64,000 nucleotides of DNA from Polyangiaceae bacterium (GTDB lineage Bacteria > Myxococcota_A > Polyangia > Polyangiales > Polyangiaceae). Made by a program: the position numbers and the translations under genes. Where the stretch lies: assembly GCA_044376115.1 (NCBI GenBank), contig JBILLK010000033.1:32001-96000 (forward strand), written 5' to 3'. Numbering within the stretch: position 1 is the first letter of the stretch; every line of letters starts with the position of its first letter. This document shows, in pieces, positions 55,742-64,000 of this stretch. The notes beneath the pieces are model-generated. The model was not told the origin of the DNA. It did no database searches and saw nothing but the letters and a program-made list of their open reading frames with translations.

Positions 55742-56953
55742 CTAGAGCTCACTTTCCGGAAAGGCTAAGACGTGGTCGAGCGAAGGTTGCTCAAGTGCGA
55801 GCATCAGCAGCCGATCAAACCCGAGCGCGTTCCCGGCGGAGGGAGGCATGCCCTCCTCGAGCGCCGCGAGGAAACGATGGTCGAGCGGATAGACAGGTCG
55901 TTTGGCAGCCGTGCGCTGCGCTTGATCGTTCTCGAAGCGGCGACGTTGTTCAGCTGGGTCGGTGAGTTCGTCAAAGCCGTTGCATAGCTCAACTCCGCGC
56001 ACATAAAGCTCGAAGCGGTTTGCATAGCGCGGGTCCTCCTTGTCGAGCGCTGCAAGCGAGGCCATCGGCCTGGGGTAACGGAGCAGAAACAGCGGCTGTT
56101 CCAAGGTTGCGAAGTGAGGCTCGATCTCAAAGGCCAGCTTGTGAAAGAAGTTGTCCTCGTCATGCTCCGCGAGCGCGAGCATCTCTGGCTCGTCAACGTT
56201 GCAAAAGCGTTTGAAGGCCTCCGTGACCGTCATACGCAAGAACGGTTTTGCGACGTGCGCGCGGATCGAGGCATCGGGCCGCGCGCTGGCATTCACGACT
56301 GCGCGCACGACGGCCTCCGTATCGGTCATCACTTCCTCCATCGAGCCGAACGCGCGATACCACTCCAGCATGCTGAACTCGGGGTTGTGACGCTGGCCAA
56401 CCTCACCCTGACGGTAGGCCCGCCCGAGTTGGAAGCAACGTGGGATGCCCGCCACCAGCAAGCGCTTCATCTGATACTCGGGCGAGGTTGCAAGAAACCG
56501 CGGTTCGTCGGTGGTGTCACCAACGCCAAAGGCGTCGAGGTGACTGTCGAGGCCGGGACAGGGGACAATCGTTGGCGTCTCGACCTCGATAAAGCCACGT
56601 GCGTGAAACAGCGATCGAACCGTGCGCAGGGCGTGATTGCGCATCTGCAGCGCGTGGCCCATGCCCTGCGTAAAGCGTGCGACCTCGCGATTCGCGCGCC
56701 CGGGCGTGAGTGATACTAGCTCGGCGCGGCGTAGGGCGTTGCGTTCCCACGTGCCGCGACAACGTACAAGGGTCCCGTCCGCTAGCTCGGCGAGGGGAGC
56801 GTCCAGCTCCACCTCCAACGAAGCCCACGCATCGCACAGCCAAAGCCGCTCGCTGTGTCGCCGAATCCGACCACCGACGAGCAGAGCCTCTCCGTCAGTG
56901 GCCTCCGCAACGTCGCTCGGTGAGAGCGTCGGCGTTTGTTCAGTTTGCCCCAC
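55742..56953 (-). CDS. epmA: EF-P lysine aminoacylase EpmA (GenX/PoxA) with N-terminal extension
   Basis: FIEVETP, LATSPEYQMKRLL, HNPEFSMLEWY, RFELY..GVELCNGFDELTDP.EQ, GNALGFDRLLM; GTG start 56953. Confidence 0.92.
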   Translation of the reverse strand: MGQTEQTPTLSPSDVAEATDGEALLVGGRIRRHSERLWLCDAWASLEVELDAPLAELADGTLVRCRGTWERNALRRAELVSLTPGRANREVARFTQGMGHALQMRNHALRTVRSLFHARGFIEVETPTIVPCPGLDSHLDAFGVGDTTDEPRFLATSPEYQMKRLLVAGIPRCFQLGRAYRQGEVGQRHNPEFSMLEWYRAFGSMEEVMTDTEAVVRAVVNASARPDASIRAHVAKPFLRMTVTEAFKRFCNVDEPEMLALAEHDEDNFFHKLAFEIEPHFATLEQPLFLLRYPRPMASLAALDKEDPRYANRFELYVRGVELCNGFDELTDPAEQRRRFENDQAQRTAAKRPVYPLDHRFLAALEEGMPPSAGNALGFDRLLMLALEQPSLDHVLAFPESEL

Positions 56954-57440
56954 CGGCTCCGCCGGCTGCGCCGCCCGTGCCGCTACCACCCGCGCTACTG
57001 CCGCCTGCTGCTGAGCCACCGGCCCCTGAACCACCGGCCCCGCCAGCCGCCCCGCCGGTCCCATTGCCACCGGCGCTGTTGCCACCGGCGCTGTTGCCAC
57101 CAGCGCTGTTGCCACCAGCGCTGTTGCCACCAGCGCTGTTGCCACCGGCGCTGTTGCCACCGGCGCTGTTGCCACCAGCGTCACTGCCTCCGACCCCGCC
57201 GGGCGTGCACTCCGGCGACTCGCTCGAGCCGGTCTCCGGACAGCAAATGTCCGCATTCCCCTCAAGTTCGCGAGAGGTCTTGCATACGAGACCCTCCGCG
57301 CAATCGTCATTGCCGTTGCCGGCGTTGCAGCGGTCCCCTTCACCTTGGGCCGCACAAGCGCTCCCGACGAGGACGACCAAGGTCGCTAGGGAGAGAAGGC
57401 AACGGCGAGCGATGAACGAAGGGGCGGCCCAAAGCAACAT
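56940..57440 (-). CDS. small Cys-rich lipoprotein with Gly/Ser/Asn repeat tail
   Basis: Lipobox GSAC, six-Cys module (GDRC..DDCAEGLVC..ICCP..EC), (GGNSA)n tail. Confidence 0.7.
   Translation of the reverse strand: MLLWAAPSFIARRCLLSLATLVVLVGSACAAQGEGDRCNAGNGNDDCAEGLVCKTSRELEGNADICCPETGSSESPECTPGGVGGSDAGGNSAGGNSAGGNSAGGNSAGGNSAGGNSAGGNSAGGNGTGGAAGGAGGSGAGGSAAGGSSAGGSGTGGAAGGAGGAN
57064..57180. repeat. 15-bp coding tandem repeat (7 full copies plus 12 bp)
   Basis: Unit TTGCCACC[G/A]GCGCTG, encoding GGNSA on the minus strand. Confidence 0.95.
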
Positions 57441-57536
57441 GGCCGACGTCGTTACACCAGCTTGCCGCTGGGAGGAACCTCTGCGGAAGATCGCACCGAC
57501 GCGCGCACGCACGTGGTAACTTGCGCCCGTGCCAAC

Positions 57537-57706
57537 TGACTCGTGCCAAGTCGACCATTCACTAGGGCCTTCGGCCGTTTTTTTCGAAGTGGGCACAAGT
57601 CATTCTGTCTGCTGCATCCACCTTCGTTGGCCTGACTCGTTCCAAGTTCCGTTCTTGTTGAAGAGGGCCCGAGTCATTCTGTTCCCTGCATCAACCTTCG
57701 GTTGAA
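57537..57706. repeat. structured intergenic repeat, tandem copies 3 and 4
   Basis: TGACTCGTGCC..GGCCTTCGGCC..GGCACAAGTCA-TTCTGTCTGCTGCATCCACCTTCGTTGG (57537-57630); TGACTCGTTCC..GGCCCGAGTCA-TTCTGTTCCCTGCATCAACCTTCGGTTGAA (57633-57706). Confidence 0.8.
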
Positions 57707-57761
57707 CGTGCCGACGAGCGCGTCAGGCAGCCCCCCGCCTTCACGTCGGTCGCGCCCGCAG

Positions 57762-58829
57762 ATGGATTCTCCGCACGCGACTGACCTTAGGGTGCTTGGC
57801 CTGACCTCAGCCTTCGAAGAGGCGTTCGCTTCCGCGCGTGCAGACTTCCCGAGCTACGACTGCTCGATTGCCAGGGTAACCAAGATTGAGCGCGGCTTTG
57901 CTGCGGTCACCGGTGTCGAAGCGGAAGGCCTTCTGCACGTGCCCAAGGCGCTATCAAAGCGTCCGGAGAGCACCCCAGCCACTGGGGATTGGGTGGTAGT
58001 GTCATTCGCGCGGGAGGTGGTGCTTTCGGTGCTACCGCGACGCTCGAAGTTCGTTCGCCGGGCAGCTGGGCAACGACGTGAACCGCAGGTCGTCGCCGCC
58101 AACGTTGACCACCTATTCGTGGTGATGGGCCTTGATAAGGACTTCAGTCTGCGGCGTATGGAGCGCTACCTCGTCTTGGCAGCGGAGAGTCAGGCTTCCC
58201 CTGTAGTTTTTCTGACCAAGGCAGGCGTTGCCGAGGACGTCGAGGCGAAGCTGAAGTCCGCTCAGTCGATGGCTCAAGCTGTCCCCGTTCATGCCATCGA
58301 TGTGTTGGCTGATCTTGGGATTGACGCGCCGTGGCGCTATCTGAGCGTTGGCTCCACGGCAGCACTCGTTGGCTCTTCGGGGGCAGGGAAGTCGACGCTG
58401 GCCAATCACCTCCTCGGCGCTGACGTGCAGCTTACGGGGTTGGTTCGCGCTCACGATGATCGGGGCAAACACACCACGAGTCGTCGTGAATTATTTGTGC
58501 TGGGGCGTGGCGGCATCGTGATCGATACGCCTGGCTTGCGCGAGCTATCGATGTGGGCAGACGCGGATTCGTTCGCCAATGCGTTCGATGACGTGACCTC
58601 GCTTGCTCTCGGTTGTCGATTCTCCAACTGCGCGCACAACGAGGAGCCAGGCTGCCGGGTTCGTGAGGCCATCGCTGCGGGTCAGTTGCAAGAAGAGCGT
58701 CTCGCGTCGTTTCGTCAGTTGGAGGGCGAGCTGCGCGCAGGGGGACGCACGTCCACTCGTCCCGATCGTCATTCCTCCCGGACTAAGCGGGAGGACGTTT
58801 CTTCTCGACGGCCTCTGCGAAAAGGCTGA
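57762..58829 (+). CDS. rsgA: ribosome small subunit-dependent GTPase A
   Basis: TGDWV, QVVAANVD, LTKA, GSSGAGKSTL, GKHTT, IDTPGLRE, CRFSNCAHNEEPGC zinc motif. Confidence 0.95.
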   Translation: MDSPHATDLRVLGLTSAFEEAFASARADFPSYDCSIARVTKIERGFAAVTGVEAEGLLHVPKALSKRPESTPATGDWVVVSFAREVVLSVLPRRSKFVRRAAGQRREPQVVAANVDHLFVVMGLDKDFSLRRMERYLVLAAESQASPVVFLTKAGVAEDVEAKLKSAQSMAQAVPVHAIDVLADLGIDAPWRYLSVGSTAALVGSSGAGKSTLANHLLGADVQLTGLVRAHDDRGKHTTSRRELFVLGRGGIVIDTPGLRELSMWADADSFANAFDDVTSLALGCRFSNCAHNEEPGCRVREAIAAGQLQEERLASFRQLEGELRAGGRTSTRPDRHSSRTKREDVSSRRPLRKG

Positions 58830-59523
58830 GGTAGCCGACCGCGCTGGTGATCGAGAAGAACAGGCTGGCGTACACCATCAGCCGCCCGACGTTCACTAGA
58901 TCGATCTCGCCGAAGTCGTAAAAAACGCCGTGCACTTTGTACGGGTAGCCGAGCACCAGGCAGATGATGCCGATCATCTGCAATGCCGTTTTCGCTTTGC
59001 CGCCTTTCTCCGCGGAGATCACGAGCCCCTCGCTGGAGGCGATGCTGCGCAACGCCGTGATGGTGATCTCGCGACTGATCAAGAGCGCCACAGCCCACGC
59101 AGGGATGCGGCCCATCGAGACGAGCCAAACCAAAGTCGCAGTTACGATCAGCTTGTCCGCGAGCGGGTCGAGGAACTTTCCAAGAATGCTGACCGTCCCC
59201 ATACGACGCGCCAACCAACCGTCTAGCGCGTCGGTGATCGCTGCCAGGCTGTAGACGATCGAGGCCCAGAAGCAGTCCCGCGGGGTGCCGCGCGAAAGGA
59301 GCCAAAGCACGACGGGGATCATCACGACCCGAAGAGCGGTCAGGAAGTTAGGGAGGTTGCGAGCGTCCTCCCATAGCGTCTTGCGTTCATGCCGTTTCTT
59401 TTCGCGCAGCGCCTTGCGGGCCGCACGTTTCTCCGCGCGTCGCTTCAGGCGCGCTTCGCGCGGATCGGGCTCACCAGAAACCTTCGTCGGCTCAACGTCC
59501 GTCAACGAGAACCATCCCTTCAC
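58783..59523 (-). CDS. pgsA: CDP-diacylglycerol--glycerol-3-phosphate 3-phosphatidyltransferase
   Basis: NLPNFLTALR, TDALDGWLARR, GKFLDPLADKL, GKAKTALQ. Confidence 0.95.
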   Translation of the reverse strand: MKGWFSLTDVEPTKVSGEPDPREARLKRRAEKRAARKALREKKRHERKTLWEDARNLPNFLTALRVVMIPVVLWLLSRGTPRDCFWASIVYSLAAITDALDGWLARRMGTVSILGKFLDPLADKLIVTATLVWLVSMGRIPAWAVALLISREITITALRSIASSEGLVISAEKGGKAKTALQMIGIICLVLGYPYKVHGVFYDFGEIDLVNVGRLMVYASLFFSITSAVGYLSLFAEAVEKKRPPA

Positions 59524-61042
59524 CCGAAAGCGCCACGAGCCCGCGGGTCTTCACCGGAGACTCGCTCGGCAGTACAGCTCGCGGAACGATCTTTCCTGTC
59601 CAACCCAAGACCGAGTGGATGCGGACCGAGACGGTGCGCTCCTCACTTAGTTCAAAGGAGACGGTCTGGATGGGCAAGGCGAGCGTCACCGTGCCCGTCC
59701 CGCGCAGCTGCACCATCGAAACAAAATCACCGTCACCGCCGGGCAGTCGCGCATTTTCGTAAACTACCGCTCCATCCAGCGCGATCAGCGCGGCCTCACG
59801 AATGCAAAGCGGATCCCCCGAAAGCTTTACCGGGACCAGACGAGTTCCGGCCGGCGCACCTAAAACAAACTGGCCGGCTCCTTCCACCAACATCAACGGC
59901 GAGGCAACGCTCCCGAGGGGCTCCTCGCCATCGCGACCGCGCAGCTTCTTCGGTAGCGGCTTCGTCGTAACCCCACGCGCGAACGACATCGCGCGCACCG
60001 AATCAAAGCGTACTGCGAGTTCACCTGTGCCTTGGATCAGAACGCAGCCGCTCGTATGCAGGGACGTCGAGTGGTCCCGCGGGAAGACCAACAGCTGTTC
60101 CCGTGCGAACTCAGACGCCGGTTGGGGCGGCGATGAGCTTCGTTGCTCCTCGAGCGGTCGCGAGCGCGCACTTCCGGCGCCTTGCGGCAGGGCCGTTGAG
60201 GTCTCAATCGGAGGGCGGCTATCGACCAAAGCTCCGGCTCGTCGCGACTCGCGTAGCGGCGGAACTTCTGGCTCAGCGCCTTCCGCCGAATCGGCGCGCG
60301 TCGTCGAAACATCGAGTCTCGCGGCCTGGATGAGCGCGCTGTCGTCCTCGTGCGGAGCCAGCGATGGGCGCAGCTCCCCAGGCACGGCGCGACCAGGTTC
60401 AGTCGCTGCCCAGGTGCCACTGACCCGAGCGCTCGACAGTGATCCGATCTCTGTCCGAAATGGCTGAGCGCGTTCGAGCTCGACGAAGGCTTCCCCTCCA
60501 ACTCGGCTTAGGGTCTCCCTCTCTCCATCCGACAGCTGACGACTCGAGGTCGCTTGAGGTTGCGGCGATGGCAAGAGTCGGCGCGCCATCTGATGGTGTC
60601 CGCCCGCCTGAAACGCGGCGACCGCCCGTTCGACGTCGCCCATCCGTTGGAACGAGAGGCCAAGGTAGCCCCAGGCGCGGCTGTGGCTAGGGTCGGTTCG
60701 GATCACCTGCTCGAGCTCGGTGCGGGCCCGAGCTGGTTGCCCCGTCTTGAGGTAACACAGCGCCAGGTTGATGCGTGGCGTGGTTGCGTCGGGGTGCTGG
60801 GCGATCAGCCCCTCGAAGATCGAGATGGCTCGCGGGTACAGCCCCAGTCGGAAGTACACGATCGCCAACAAATCCTGGCCTTTGGCATCACGGGGCTGGA
60901 GGCTGAGCGCCTGTTCGAGCTCCTGTTTGGCCTCGTGCACGCGATCGTCTTGAAGCAGCTCGCTCCCTCGGTAGAGATGGAACAGGAAGTCCTCGGCCGA
61001 GCCGTCGCGCGTCGACTCCGGGCTGTTCTCGTCTTCGAGCAT
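59492..61042 (-). CDS. TPR + AIM24-like domain protein
   Basis: N-terminal TPRs (FLFHLYRGSELL, LAIVYFRLG); C-terminal AIM24-like strands (MVQLRGTG, LGWTG, LSGEG). Confidence 0.75.
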   Translation of the reverse strand: MLEDENSPESTRDGSAEDFLFHLYRGSELLQDDRVHEAKQELEQALSLQPRDAKGQDLLAIVYFRLGLYPRAISIFEGLIAQHPDATTPRINLALCYLKTGQPARARTELEQVIRTDPSHSRAWGYLGLSFQRMGDVERAVAAFQAGGHHQMARRLLPSPQPQATSSRQLSDGERETLSRVGGEAFVELERAQPFRTEIGSLSSARVSGTWAATEPGRAVPGELRPSLAPHEDDSALIQAARLDVSTTRADSAEGAEPEVPPLRESRRAGALVDSRPPIETSTALPQGAGSARSRPLEEQRSSSPPQPASEFAREQLLVFPRDHSTSLHTSGCVLIQGTGELAVRFDSVRAMSFARGVTTKPLPKKLRGRDGEEPLGSVASPLMLVEGAGQFVLGAPAGTRLVPVKLSGDPLCIREAALIALDGAVVYENARLPGGDGDFVSMVQLRGTGTVTLALPIQTVSFELSEERTVSVRIHSVLGWTGKIVPRAVLPSESPVKTRGLVALSGEGMVLVDGR

Positions 61043-61126
61043 GGGCGGCGTAGGTTACACCGCACCTGGTCACGACGTCCCAACTTCCCGCGTGCGTAGA
61101 GCTGGATGGAGGTAGCATCGCCGCCG

Positions 61127-61858
61127 ATGCGCGTTCGGTGCCTTTTCTTTGCTGCCATCACGGCTCTTCTGTGCGGTTGCGGCGTCGGAATTCCCGACGC
61201 TCCCTCGGACACGTTGCGCTCCTATGCAAAAGCACTCGAAGAGAAGCGGGTTGAAGACGCCTACTCATTGCTGTCCGACGAGGCAAAACGCAGCCTGTCG
61301 CTGGATTCCTTTCGGCGCATGGTGCTTGAGAATCCAACCGAGGTGATGGAAGTCGCCAATGCTCTGGCTCGCCCGAGCGGAAAGCCGGTCATTCGATCCA
61401 CCGTGGCTCTGCCTAACGGCGATGAATTGGTGCTGGTGCTCGAAGGGAACAGCTGGCGAGTCGACGCTGCGGCCGTCGATCTCTACAGCCAAGCCACGCC
61501 GCGGCAGGCTCTCGTCGGCTTCCTCCGCGCGATTGAGCGACGCCGCTACGATGTGGTGCTCCGCTTCGTACCAGAGCGGGAGCGTGAGGGAGTGCCCACG
61601 GTGAGTGTGCCCGCCAGCGCTGGGGAGGCTTTGCCAGCGGTAGACTCAGGTGGCGGCGCGTTGACGGCAGAACGCTTGCGGGAAGAGTTCGAGGGGCCAC
61701 AAAAGGACGACGCGCTTCGCCAGCTCGAGGCCATCCGCACGGCCTTGCCCTCGGCAGCGATCGAGGAAACAGGCGATGAGGCCGCTATGTCCTACGGTGT
61801 TGGTGGTTCGGTTTCCTTCATCCGCGAGCGCGGACTTTGGAAAATTCGCGAATTCTAG
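61127..61858 (+). CDS. hypothetical lipoprotein with two NTF2/lumazine-binding-like repeats
   Basis: Lipobox LCGC; repeated pattern (AYSLLS...LVLEGNSWRVD; LVGFLRA...FIRERGLWKI). Confidence 0.7.
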   Translation: MRVRCLFFAAITALLCGCGVGIPDAPSDTLRSYAKALEEKRVEDAYSLLSDEAKRSLSLDSFRRMVLENPTEVMEVANALARPSGKPVIRSTVALPNGDELVLVLEGNSWRVDAAAVDLYSQATPRQALVGFLRAIERRRYDVVLRFVPEREREGVPTVSVPASAGEALPAVDSGGGALTAERLREEFEGPQKDDALRQLEAIRTALPSAAIEETGDEAAMSYGVGGSVSFIRERGLWKIREF

Positions 61859-61932
61859 CGCTCGCAGCGTGATTGTACGGACGCTGCGAGAGCGCTAGCG
61901 GCAAACCACCGGCTGTACTACCTTCCGTCGTC

Positions 61933-64000
61933 ATGGCATCGGGCACCGCACCGCCGTCGGCGTCGGCCGAATCAGAGGGAGTACCCATTCTCCCGCTCCG
62001 AAACTCGGTTCTCTTTCCGATGTCGGTGGTTCCAATCAACGTTGGACGTCCACGCAGCGTCAGACTGGTAGAGGATCTTCTTGGCAAGGAGCGCGCAGTC
62101 GTTGGCGTGATCAGCCAGCAGTCCGCCGACGTGGATGAGCCAACCTTTGGCGACCTCTACACGGTCGGTACGCTCGCGCGTGTGGTGAAGGTTATTCGGC
62201 TTGGACAACACAACTACTCGGTTGTGCTCAACGGGCTCGGGCGCTTTCGTCTGACGAACCCTGGCCAGTTGGAGCCTTACATGCGCGGCAAGTTCGAGCG
62301 CATTCCTGAGTCGCTCTCTCGTGACGCGGAGCTCGATGCGCTAGGCGCGACTTTGCGCGAGGCGACTCGAGAGGTGATCGGGCTCATGCCCAACTTGCCC
62401 AAGGACACAGCGGGCATCCTCGACAACGTACGCGAATCGGGCGCTCTCGCTGACCTGATCGCTTCCAACTTTCCCCAGGCTCAAGCTTCTATCCAAGAGA
62501 AGCAGGAGATCCTGGAGGCCTTCGACGTGAAAGGCCGCGTCCGCCTAGTGCTCGCCATGGTGAACCGCCAGCTCGAGCTCCTTCGAGTCAAGAAGGAGAT
62601 CAGCCACATGGTGCAGGAGGAGATGGGCAAGAGTCAGCGCGAGTACATCCTCCGTCAGCAGATGAAGACCATTCGCGAGGAGCTTGGAGAGTCCTCCGAC
62701 GACGATGAGGTGGAGGAGCTGCGCGAGCGCATCCGCTTGGCCAACGTCCCGCCGGAAGTCGAAAAGACGGCGAAAAAGCAGCTCTCCCGGCTCCGCTCGA
62801 TGTCGCAGCAGTCGGCCGAGTTTCAAGTTACTCGCAGCTACCTCGAGTGGATCGCGGATCTGCCCTGGGCAAAGTCAACCACTGACAAAATCGATGTACG
62901 TGAAGTTCGGAAATGCTTGGACGAGGACCATCTTGGCCTTGAGAAGGTCAAGAAGCGCATCGTCGAATACACCGCTGTTCGCCAACTACGTGCTGACAAG
63001 AAGGGGCCGATCCTTCTCTTCGTGGGCCCGCCTGGCGTCGGTAAGACTTCGCTCGGTAAGTCGATCGCGCGCGCCATGGGTCGTCGCTACGAACGCATCG
63101 CCCTCGGCGGCGTTCGTGATGAGGCGGAGATTCGCGGCCACCGTCGGACCTACGTTGGGGCGTTGCCCGGACGGATCATTCAAGCTCTCAAGAAAGCCGG
63201 AACCAAGAACCCCGTTCTCGTGCTCGATGAAGTTGAGAAGATGGGCGCCGACGTGCGCGGGGACCCGACGTCAGCTCTGCTTGAGGTGTTGGACCCCGAG
63301 CAAAACGGGACCTTCCAAGACCACTATCTGGACCTTCCGTTTGACCTCTCGCAAGTAACCTTTCTCGCGACCGCCAATGATCGTGACGCGATTCCCGGCC
63401 CGCTGCTCGACCGCATGGAGGTGATCGAGGTGCCGGGCTACACGCGTGCGGAGAAGCTCGGCATCGCGACCCAGTTCCTGATCCCGAAGCAGCTCCGAGC
63501 TCACGGCCTCACCGAGGACCGCTTGGAGTTCCTGCCCGACGCGATCGCCACGATCCTCGACAGCTACACGCGCGAGGCCGGCGTTCGTAGCCTCGAGCGC
63601 GAGGTTGCGTCGATGTGCCGAGCGGTTGCCGTGCGGCTGGCGGAGGGAGAAGACGTTCACATCAAAGCCGACCGCGACTTCGTCGAGAAAACGCTCGGGC
63701 CAACCAAGTATCGGCCGGAGGTCGCGGAGCGTCGCTTGGAGCCGGGGGTTGCTACGGGGTTGTCTACCTCCGCCGGCGGCGGTGACATTCTCTTCATCGA
63801 GGCCAGCAAGATGCGTGGCCGTGGCCAGTTAACCATCACCGGCAACCTGCGTAGCGTGATGCAAGAGTCGGCTACCACCGCTGTTTCCTATGTGCGTAGC
63901 AAAGCAGTCGAGCTTTCCCTCGACCCGGAGTGGCTGCGGGAGATCGACCTTCACGTTCATGTGCCCAAAGCCGGAACTCCGAAGGATGGTCCCAGCGCGG
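61933..64000 (+). CDS. lon: ATP-dependent Lon protease (3'-partial, absent from the ORF track)
   Basis: Translated by hand: ILPLRNSVLFP, GPPGVGKTS, GGVRDEAEIRGHRRTYVGA, and HVHVP..TPKDGPSA (catalytic Ser) at the window edge. Confidence 0.97.
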   Translation, partial: MASGTAPPSASAESEGVPILPLRNSVLFPMSVVPINVGRPRSVRLVEDLLGKERAVVGVISQQSADVDEPTFGDLYTVGTLARVVKVIRLGQHNYSVVLNGLGRFRLTNPGQLEPYMRGKFERIPESLSRDAELDALGATLREATREVIGLMPNLPKDTAGILDNVRESGALADLIASNFPQAQASIQEKQEILEAFDVKGRVRLVLAMVNRQLELLRVKKEISHMVQEEMGKSQREYILRQQMKTIREELGESSDDDEVEELRERIRLANVPPEVEKTAKKQLSRLRSMSQQSAEFQVTRSYLEWIADLPWAKSTTDKIDVREVRKCLDEDHLGLEKVKKRIVEYTAVRQLRADKKGPILLFVGPPGVGKTSLGKSIARAMGRRYERIALGGVRDEAEIRGHRRTYVGALPGRIIQALKKAGTKNPVLVLDEVEKMGADVRGDPTSALLEVLDPEQNGTFQDHYLDLPFDLSQVTFLATANDRDAIPGPLLDRMEVIEVPGYTRAEKLGIATQFLIPKQLRAHGLTEDRLEFLPDAIATILDSYTREAGVRSLEREVASMCRAVAVRLAEGEDVHIKADRDFVEKTLGPTKYRPEVAERRLEPGVATGLSTSAGGGDILFIEASKMRGRGQLTITGNLRSVMQESATTAVSYVRSKAVELSLDPEWLREIDLHVHVPKAGTPKDGPSA

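Noticed and set aside
56954..57355. 5' extension of the 537-aa epmA ORF with ATAPV repeats
   Set aside because: Alternative frame of the upstream lipoprotein's tandem repeat
56710..57519. 269-aa polyproline (PPALL)n ORF beside the EF-P modifier epmA
   Set aside because: Antisense reading of the GGNSA repeat and of epmA; the minus-strand lipoprotein has a lipobox and Cys module
57537..57706. Tandem palindromic repeats as a mini-CRISPR array
   Set aside because: Only two degenerate units, no identical repeats with unique equal-length spacers, no cas genes
62684..63358. 224-aa plus-strand ORF
   Set aside because: Out-of-frame shadow inside lon

Overview
High-GC myxobacterial (Sorangiineae/Polyangiales-like) chromosomal segment of about 41 genes. 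I found no rRNA, tRNA, CRISPR array or transposase. The centre is a near-complete Glt adventurous-gliding locus: two outer-membrane beta-barrels (gltB/gltA-like), a cglC/gltK-like lipoprotein, and gltC-gltD-gltE-gltF-gltG-(extra TPR lipoprotein)-gltI. Downstream of and co-oriented with the two Glt barrels is the most notable cluster. It comprises a HEAT protein, a large beta-barrel porin translationally coupled to a 13-heme periplasmic cytochrome c, an 84-aa protein, a monoheme Ig-fold lipoprotein and a Ser/Thr-kinase-TPR-GAF-sigma54 activator. It converges on cyoE and sco and looks like a non-Mtr porin-cytochrome conduit with its own regulator. A structured ~70-100 bp intergenic repeat occurs four times (5.6, 23.9 and twice at 57.5-57.7 kb). 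Housekeeping and other genes include a dacB fusion, a truncated GH5, SurA-N and POTRA-only proteins, ftsY, yraN, a kinase-PEGA-BMP module, epmA with an extra OB-like domain, rsgA, pgsA and a 3'-partial lon. All calls come from motif recognition by eye; no searches were run, and many start codons were re-picked by judgement.
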